DNA from: Octopus sinensis | Lineage: Eukaryota | NCBI RefSeq assembly: GCF_006345805.1 | Contig: NW_021824830.1 | Location: forward strand, 1 to 17,452 | Direction: 5' to 3' | DNA length: 17,452 bases | In this document: positions 10,156 to 17,452 of the stretch, piece after piece | Layout of the letters: each line of letters begins with the position of its first letter | Position numbering within the stretch: the first letter of the stretch is position 1 | The notes under the pieces: model-generated | Databases searched by the model: none | What the model saw: only the letters and a program-made list of their open reading frames with translations | What the model was told of the DNA's origin: nothing | Made by a program: the position numbers and the translations under genes

Positions 10156-10204
<49 letters not shown>

Positions 10205-10320
10205 TTAGAGACAAGACCAAATTATTCACTAATATTTATTATATTATATATATATATTATATATATATGTATATATATATATATCTGTGTGTGTGTGTGT
10301 AAATGTTTGTGTGTGTGTGT
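10156..10320. repeat. (TA)n/(TG)n microsatellites
   Basis: Directly visible; followed by a short plus-strand family A scrap (10321-10351). Confidence 0.9.
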
Positions 10321-10370
10321 CCCAGCATCGCTTGAAACCGATAGAATAAGTCCATCCATACATAGCATAT

Positions 10371-10730
10371 ACTCTTTTACTCTCTTTTACTTGTTTCAGT
10401 CATTTGTCTGTGACCATGCTGGAGCACCGCCTTTAATCGAGCAAATCAATCCCATAACTTATTCTATGTAAGCCTAGTACTTATTCTATCGGTCTCTTTT
10501 GCTGAAACTCTATGTTACGTGGACGTAAACACACCAGCATCGGTTGTGAAGCGATGGTGTGGGGACAAACACACACACACATACATACACACACATATAC
10601 ATATATATACGACGGGCTTCTTTCAGTTTCCGTCTACCAAATTCACCCACTTTGGTCGGCCCGAGGCTATAGTAGAAGACACTAGCCCAAGGGACTGAAC
10701 TCGGAACCATGTGGTTGGGAAGCAAGCTAT
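10371..10730 (-). mobile_element. SINE family A, near full length
   Basis: Reverse complement of the 13122 copy, including the internal (CA)/(TA) tract and the ACTCTTTTAC tail repeats. Confidence 0.88.
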
Positions 10731-11382
10731 TGCACTTTCCGTTATAAACAATGCTAAATCTAGTTATTCCTGTGGCATCATTGCAGCGTCTATCGCTAAA
10801 TTCCCTCATAGCATCCTTTAAAATGTAAATAGTTGCAGAAGGTCTTTTAATTCCAAGTGTAATATCTCGATCATTTATCTACTTAATAGTAAATTCTGAC
10901 AAAACCCTCTTGAGAGCAAAGGCGAATTCTGAAAAACGCTTTTCTTGCAGACAGCTTTTCTGCAAAATCCCTTATCAGGGTTCACGAAACTTGCTATAAA
11001 AGAAAATGTTCTCCGCGTATTCATGCCCTCAAAATCAGGAACCATTCTCAATACAATCCTTCCCAATATAATTCAAACTTTAAAGAAATAAACAGCTTTT
11101 TTCGCCTACACTGATGAATGAGTAGGGTTTTCGTTAATACAACCCTAACAATTATCTCAAGAGATTGTTTACAACCATTCTAGTTTAAAAGGCAATTTGT
11201 CTTTGTCTTATTGTCTGATTGGAATTGTTTGAGTTCGTTAGCACTTGCAGCTATTTCAATAAATTCTTACTGAAGATTGTTATAATGCCTAAAGTAACGT
11301 AATCATCTTTTATGTATAACGATGCATACAACGATTCGATTATTTCGTTTTGCAAAGAGGGATCATGTATCGCTATCTTCTA

Positions 11383-11764
11383 GTGGAGGCGCAATGGCCC
11401 AGTGGTTAGGGCAGTGGACTCGCGGTCGTAGGATCGCGGTTTCGATTCCCAGACCGGGTGTTGTGAGTGTTTATTGAGCGAAAACACCTAAAGCTCCACG
11501 CGGCTCCGGCAGGGATGGTGGTGATCCCTACTGTACTCTTTCACCACAACTTTCTCTCACTCTTACTTCCTGTTTCTGTTGTACCTGTATTTCAAAGGGC
11601 CGGCCTTGTCACTCTCTGTGTCACGCTGACTATCCCCGAGAACTACGTTAAGGGTACACGTATCTGTAGAGTGCTCAGCCACTTACACGTTAATTTCACG
11701 AGCAGGCTGTTCCGTTGATCAGATCAACCGGAACCCTCATCGTCGTAACCGACTGAGTGCTTCC
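11383..11764 (+). mobile_element. tRNA-derived SINE family C, full length, 14-bp TSD
   Basis: TSD ATCGCTATCTTCTA at 11369-11382 and 11765-11778; tRNA-like A and B boxes. Confidence 0.93.
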
Positions 11765-11852
11765 ATCGCTATCTTCTACCTCACACATAACACTAGCGTG
11801 TCCAAAATAAGACTTAATCTAAATAATATACATTACATATATAAATAATAAA

Positions 11853-12094
11853 GGCGGTGAGCTAGCTGGCAGAATCGATAGCACGCCAGGCGAAATGCTT
11901 AGCAGTATTTCGTTTGCCGCTACGTTCTGAGTTCAAATTCCGCCGAGGTCGACTTTGCCTTTCATCCTTTCGGGGCCAATAAGTAAAGTAACGGTTTCGC
12001 ACTGGGGTCGATGTAATCGACTTAATCCCTTTGTCTGTCCTTGTTTGTCCCCTCTATGTTTAGCCCCTTGTGGGTAGTAAAGAAATGGGTATTT
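11853..12094 (+). mobile_element. SINE family B
   Basis: Head plus one body unit, ending in AGAAATGGGTATTT. Confidence 0.88.
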
Positions 12095-12097
12095 AAA

Positions 12098-12447
12098 GGC
12101 GGCGAGCTGGCAGAAACTTTAGCACGGCAGGCGAAATGCGTAGCCGTATTTCGTCTGCAGTTACGTTCCGAGTTCAAATTCCGCCGAGGTCGACTTTGCC
12201 TTTCATTCTTTCGGGGTCGATTAAATAAGTACCAGTTACGCACTGGAGTCGATATAATCGACTTAATCCGTTTGTCTGTCCTTGTTTGTCCTCACTGTGT
12301 TTAGCCCCTTGTGGGCAGGAAAGAAATAACTATTTCGTCTATCTGCACTTTCTGAGTTCAAATTCCGCTAAAGTTTACTTTGCCTTCCATCATTTCGGGG
12401 GCCGATAAATTAAGTACCAATGAAACTTTGGGGTCGATGAAATTGAC
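12098..12447 (+). mobile_element. SINE family B, head plus one full and one partial, more diverged body unit
   Basis: GGCGGCGAGCTGGCAGAAAC head; the second unit begins ~12331 (tatttcgtct...gagttcaaattcc). Confidence 0.88.
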
Positions 12448-12465
12448 AAAGGATTATATAGTGAG

Positions 12466-12759
12466 TGGGCGTAGGCTGGTGGTTGGAGTACTGCATTCGC
12501 GAATGCGAGGTCGTGGTTTCCATTCGTAGATGGGATGGTGCATTGTGTTCTGCAGCAAAACACTTCGTCTCGCGTTGCTCTTTGATCACGTCCACACTTG
12601 ATGCATTGCACACTGTGCACCTGCTCAGGTGAGGTCGATTTGAAGAAGGAAGTGAACTAATGCGCAGCACATACATTTGATCATTATAAACAAATCATTT
12701 GTGCAGGTCGTTCATCGAAACAGGTGAACACTAACACATCGTCTTCGACGAGAGAGTTC
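12466..12759 (+). mobile_element. Old tRNA-derived CORE-like SINE (family D)
   Basis: Degenerate tRNA head (ggctggtggttggagtac...gtcgtggtttccattc), CORE-like ttgtgttctgcagcaaaacacttc...gttgctc, and a 3' end catcgtcttcgacgagagagt reminiscent of the family C end. Confidence 0.55.
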
Positions 12760-13121
12760 ATCATGTAAATTTACACAACAAAGTCGAATAAATTTATTAA
12801 TATCTTCGCATTGAGAGAACGTAAACAAAAGCCAGGTGGCAATTGTTGTCGGCCCTCATTGTGAAAGGGAAATAATCATAAGAACCTAGAATTAATCTGA
12901 ATTGAAATAAAATTAAGAAACACACAATTATGGTACTCACTCCACATTGTTCATGTTTGTTCTCATTATGTAATAACTGCTCTTTAATCCTATTGTAACA
13001 CAATCAGTGCTTGCTTTAATTTCTTTAGAAAATGTGTGGAGATAATCTTAGCAAGTAATAACACTGCTAACACAGCAGAACAGAGTATTGACTTATCACA
13101 CGTTTAATATCCTTTCTAGTA

Positions 13122-13533
13122 GGCGCAAGAGTGGCTGTGTTGTACGTAGCTTGCTTACCAGCAACATGGTTCCGGGTTCAGTCCCACTGCGTCAAATCTT
13201 GGGCAAGTGTTTTCTAATATAGTCACGAGTCGACCAAAGCCTCGTGAGTGGATTTGGTAGACGGAAACTAAAAGAAGCCCGTCGTATATATGTATACATA
13301 TGTGTGTGTGTGTGTGTGTGTATGTTTGTGTGTCTGTGTTTCCCCCAAACATCGCTTGACAACCGATGCTGGTGTGTTAACTTCCCCGTTATCGGCAAAA
13401 GGGACCGATAGAATAATTACTAGGCTTGCAAAGAATAAGTCCCGGGGTCGATTTGCTCGACTAAAGGCGGTGCTCCAGCATGGCCGCAGTCAAATGACTG
13501 AAACAAGTAAAAGAGTAGAGAGTAAAGAGAGTA
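13122..13533 (+). mobile_element. SINE family A, full length (tRNA head, CORE-like domain, internal TA/TG tract, AGAGT tail repeats)
   Basis: GGCGCAAGAGTGGCTGTG head, GGTTCAGTCCC B-box-like, CTTGGGCAAGTG CORE-like motif, tail GAAACAAGTAAAAGAGTAGAGAGTAAAGAGAGTA. Confidence 0.9.
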
Positions 13534-14053
13534 TACTATGGTCTCATAATGAAATACGGTGTCCCTAGAAGTGATTTATATTTATAATTTATATGTTTCA
13601 TTCATTTTTCACCTAAAGTCAAGGAAGGAGAATTACTGTGCAGAAGACGCTCATTGAAGCCGGTGCACATTTCCTCTGTTATACTCTGTTAACTGGGAAA
13701 ATAGAGGTTGTCTCTCCATTGATGTAAATTCTGGAGACCACTTGATTCCCGATATAAATTCTCCTTCATATTTGTAGATGTTTGCAATTGCAGCAAAGCA
13801 GATTTTATGAAAATGTTTTGGATAAACATTTATGTAGTTACTTTATTGGTAAGTCCAGGGAGCATATACATAGGATATTATTGTTTGCTATATCAGCTAA
13901 CAACCGATTTCTACTTAGCGTGCAGCGCAATTTGAAATTGCTATCGATGCAGCTCATAAATGCTGAAATCTGGATTTCGAAATGCTAACCTCACTCCTGG
14001 ACTATTTTCGCCTGCCGCCGAGGGTTTTAAAAGTTCTTTTTAACACTATAAGT

Positions 14054-14315
14054 GTGGAGGCGCAATGGCCCGGTGGTTAGGATAGCTGACTCACAGTCGA
14101 AGGCTCTACAAGGCTCAGGAAGGGTGTCGAACCCTATTGTACTCTTTCGCCACAACTTTCTCTTTCTTCCTGCTTCTGTCTTTCAAAGGGACAGCCTTAT
14201 CACCCTCTGTGCCACGCTGAATCTCCTCGAGAACTACGTTAAAGGTACACGTGTCTGTGGAGTGCTCAGCCACTTGTACGTTAATTTCATGAGCAGGCTG
14301 TTCCGTTGATCGGAT
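14054..14315 (+). mobile_element. SINE family C, internally deleted and 3'-truncated at (TA)n
   Basis: Aligns to the 6908 and 11383 copies with deletions. Confidence 0.85.
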
Positions 14316-14364
14316 ATATTTATATATATATATATAATATCATATGTCACGGTTTCGTTTATCT

Positions 14365-14415
14365 TAATAACTGACGAGAATTCCGCCCTGACATCCGAAA
14401 CTCTGAGCTTTATTA
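14365..14415 (+). ncRNA. Degenerate minimal type I hammerhead ribozyme in a probable Penelope pLTR remnant (~14336-14500)
   Basis: Stem I TAATAA/TTATTA; CTGACGA(14371-77); stem II GAAT...ATCC (one mismatch); GAAA(14397-400); stem III CTC-T-GAG; position 16.1 is C instead of U. Confidence 0.6.
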
Positions 14416-14501
14416 TGGCGAATGTCTAATTGTCACATATTATATTATTGATAAATTCCTCTATTTACATAATATCGGTGTCATTCATTTATTTGTTGTG
14501 A

Positions 14502-14540
<39 letters not shown>

Positions 14541-14568
14541 GATTATTATTATTATTATTATTATTATG

Positions 14569-14607
<39 letters not shown>

Positions 14608-14647
14608 AATAATAATAATAGTAATAATAATAATAATTATAATAATA
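14502..14647. repeat. (ATT)n tract switching to (AAT)n
   Basis: Directly visible; polarity switch at ~14604. Confidence 0.95.
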
Positions 14648-14649
14648 TT

Positions 14650-15047
14650 TATATATATATATATATGCATATAGATATATTGGTAGCTCAATAGATAGGG
14701 ACAGAGACAAAGAAATATATATGCTACACACACACAGACACGCACACATACACACACACACACACACTTCACACATATATATATATATAATATACATGCC
14801 TACATATATCTAACCACCACGCTCACGCACACATACTCATACGCATATATATTTGTCACATCATATAATTACATATATATATGTATCTATATGTGTGTAT
14901 ATATATATTATATATATAATTATATAATATATATAATATATTGTGTGTGTGTGTGCGTATATATATGTATGTATATGTATGTGTGTGTGTATATATATGT
15001 ATGTATATGTATGTGTGTGTAAACAGAACAATACGTGAAAATGAGCC

Positions 15048-15083
<36 letters not shown>

Positions 15084-15106
15084 CACATACATATGTATGC
15101 ATATAT
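14650..15106. repeat. Compound (TA)n/(CA)n/(TG)n microsatellite field
   Basis: Directly visible. Confidence 0.9.
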
Positions 15107-15545
15107 AGCCCCATATTCACGTGTAATTGGTGGAAACACAGTTTCCTACACGATTATTCTAGCCCCGTAAAATAGTGCATCATGCAGTAAGCATCTATAA
15201 AAAAATAAATCAGATATTGTTTTCAGATATCAACCAACATATTCTGGTCATCTCTATTTTTAGATTATACATTTAGTTCGTTTCCTCATATTTTCGAGAT
15301 AGTCTTTCCTCTATAAATAACGAAAATAGTCACAAACATTAGTTGTTATGCATTTGTTCATAGTCCCAATAATAAATATCATTTCGATCTCCCTTAATGT
15401 GCTTGGCCATACACCGATTATGGTACAGCTTATTATTTTTGACCAATCGGGGTATGTCTCTGTTTGATTATGTTTTTTGCCCTATCTATTTCTGCATGTT
15501 CCAATAAATTCTATAAGTTCCAAAAATCCCATCTAAATATGCATG

Positions 15546-15614
15546 TGTATGTATATATATATTATATATAATATATATATATTATATACATGCTTATATA
15601 TATATGTGTGTACA

Positions 15615-15648
<34 letters not shown>

Positions 15649-15862
15649 TATATATATATACATTATATATATATATATAAATATATATATGCATATATGT
15701 TATGTATATAAATATAGTTATATACTTATAATATACATATACATATATTTTACGTATAAATATAATACATGTATATGTATATATATATTAATACCTATGC
15801 ATATATTATACACATACACATATATATATAAATATCCTTCATTCTATCTATCTATCTATCTG

Positions 15863-15919
<57 letters not shown>

Positions 15920-15967
15920 ATATATATATATATATGTACACACACATATATATGTATATATATAATA

Positions 15968-16006
<39 letters not shown>

Positions 16007-16076
16007 TATATATATATATATAGATAGATAGATAGACAGATAGATAGATAGATGAATGAAGATTTATATATATATT

Positions 16077-16119
<43 letters not shown>

Positions 16120-16139
16120 CACACCACACACACACACAC

Positions 16140-16174
<35 letters not shown>

Positions 16175-16278
16175 TATAGAGATATATAATTATATATATA
16201 TATATTATATATATATATATATATATAATACACGTACATACACACACTCATGCATATATGTATGTCTTTATGTGTGTG
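15546..16278. repeat. Compound microsatellite field with (TCTA)n, (TA)n, (TAGA)n and (CA)n
   Basis: Directly visible; contains an inverted duplication (see findings). Confidence 0.95.
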
Positions 16279-16767
16279 AGTACCTCCATTCTCTTTAGGA
16301 TAAAATTAGGCAGCCAGCAAATAATGTGATTGATTGTTTTTCTGCAGAATCCATATATTCTGCCGATCTGTTCCGTATTCGTCTATTTTATATATTTCAA
16401 TACTTCTGATGTGATTTTTTTCTTCACCTTGTTCCATATTACAAAAAAAAAAAAAATAGAAAAAAGAAAATATAAAAATACGAACACAAACAAAACAAAA
16501 AAACTAAACAAAGATAGAAAGAAATGTTCTGTCAAAATTTAAGTTCTTTACTTGTAACCCCTACAGAGCTTTTTCCGTTATAACACAACTTTTTTTCTAA
16601 AAGTGTTGGATATTTTCTCTGGAGGGCCTTCATGTCATCAGTTGTCCTGACATTCCTTAATCTTATCTGTAGCTTAGCTTTTTAATATATTCACTAGATT
16701 ATATCGTTTTTTTATGTTTCTTCGCTTCACAGTTCTGTGTTACATCAGACTTTCCTTTTCCACTCAC

Positions 16768-16856
16768 TAAGTTGCCTGACAGGTGCTAAAGACGTGAATA
16801 ATGTTGGACGGGGATCGATCCTGAATGACGGCTGTGACCGCCCGCGTATTTCTTTT
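16768..16856 (-). CDS. Possible 89-bp exon of an unidentified host gene
   Basis: GC-richer island bounded on the minus strand by tataatctttcAG| and |GTGAGT; open reading KEIRGRSQPSFRIDPRPTLFTSLAPVRQL. Confidence 0.2.
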
Positions 16857-16899
16857 CTGAAAGATTATACTATTAAACTTATCTTCTAGCTTTTTTTTT

Positions 16900-17230
16900 A
16901 ACTTGTTTACGTTGTTTGACTGCGGCTACGCTGGAGCACCGCCTTGAAGAGTTTCGGTCGAACAAATCGACTTGCGGATTAATTTTGTTTAAACCTGGTA
17001 ATTAATCTATCGTTTTTTTTTGCCGAACCACTAAGTTACGGGGACGTAAACACAACAACACCGGTTTTCAACAAGCGGTGGGGCAACAAAGAAAACACAC
17101 ACACACACACGAATACACACACATATATATATACGACGGGTTTCTTTCAGTTTCCGTCTACCAAATCCATTCGTAGGCTTTCGGCGTCCCAAGGCCATAG
17201 TAAAAACACTTGCCGAAGGTGTCAGGCAGT
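16900..17230 (-). mobile_element. SINE family A, diverged, head truncated at (TA)n
   Basis: Matches the tail, internal (CA)n and ttcagtttccgtctaccaaatcc segment of the other family A copies. Confidence 0.85.
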
Positions 17231-17274
17231 ATATATATATTATTATATATATATATATAATATATATATATATA

Positions 17275-17452
17275 CATCTATAAGCATTCCTGGCAGAAAA
17301 AAATCTACATCTAGAAGGTAAAAAAGCGATGCCGAAAAGGTTCCAGAGCACCAAAGTCTATCTTGTGACAGACAAGTTGAAATGAAGAAATGCAAACGGT
17401 ACCAAAAAAACTTGTGCATGGCGCGGATAGACTTTGAAAAGGCTTACGACGT
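17275..17452 (+). mobile_element. Reverse transcriptase fragment of an R4/Dong-like non-LTR retrotransposon (frameshifted; runs off the window)
   Basis: CRKGSR / LVTDKL / MKKCKRYQKNLCMARIDFEKAYD (17382-17450) matches the RT pattern 'QKGCrkgsrGtkdqLliDk.i...ck....NL.mawiDykKAyD'. Confidence 0.85.

Noticed and set aside
12941-12989. Possible minus-strand exon (acaatAG...GGA/GTGAGT, IKEQLLHNENKHEQCG)
   Set aside because: Poor polypyrimidine tract, and its phases do not fit the other candidate exons.
13624-13767. 11-bp inverted repeat GAAGGAGAATT/AATTCTCCTTC as MITE termini
   Set aside because: Short enough to occur by chance in this window; no TSD or second copy seen.

Overview
AT-rich, repeat-dense eukaryotic DNA that is intronic or intergenic. 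The SINE families and (TA)n/(CA)n load resemble an octopus-type cephalopod genome, judged from recall rather than a database search. No confidently recognisable protein-coding gene is present, and almost all listed ORFs are microsatellite or SINE artefacts. The window holds at least four tRNA-derived SINE families (two copies with clean TSDs, one with a 4x184-bp internal tandem amplification), two decayed R4/Dong-like non-LTR retrotransposon fragments next to (TA)n tracts, and many microsatellites. The standout is a young ~640-bp element at 3984-4619 inside a (TA)n tract. It has a 364-bp terminally redundant, highly structured unit carrying a minimal type I hammerhead ribozyme with a compensatory U3-A8 core, plus a 228-bp inverted copy that places a second hammerhead on the opposite strand (Penelope pLTR- or retrozyme-like). 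A second, degenerate hammerhead of different sequence lies at 14365-14415. Several local fold-back duplications next to TA tracts and a weak chain of possible minus-strand exons are also noted.
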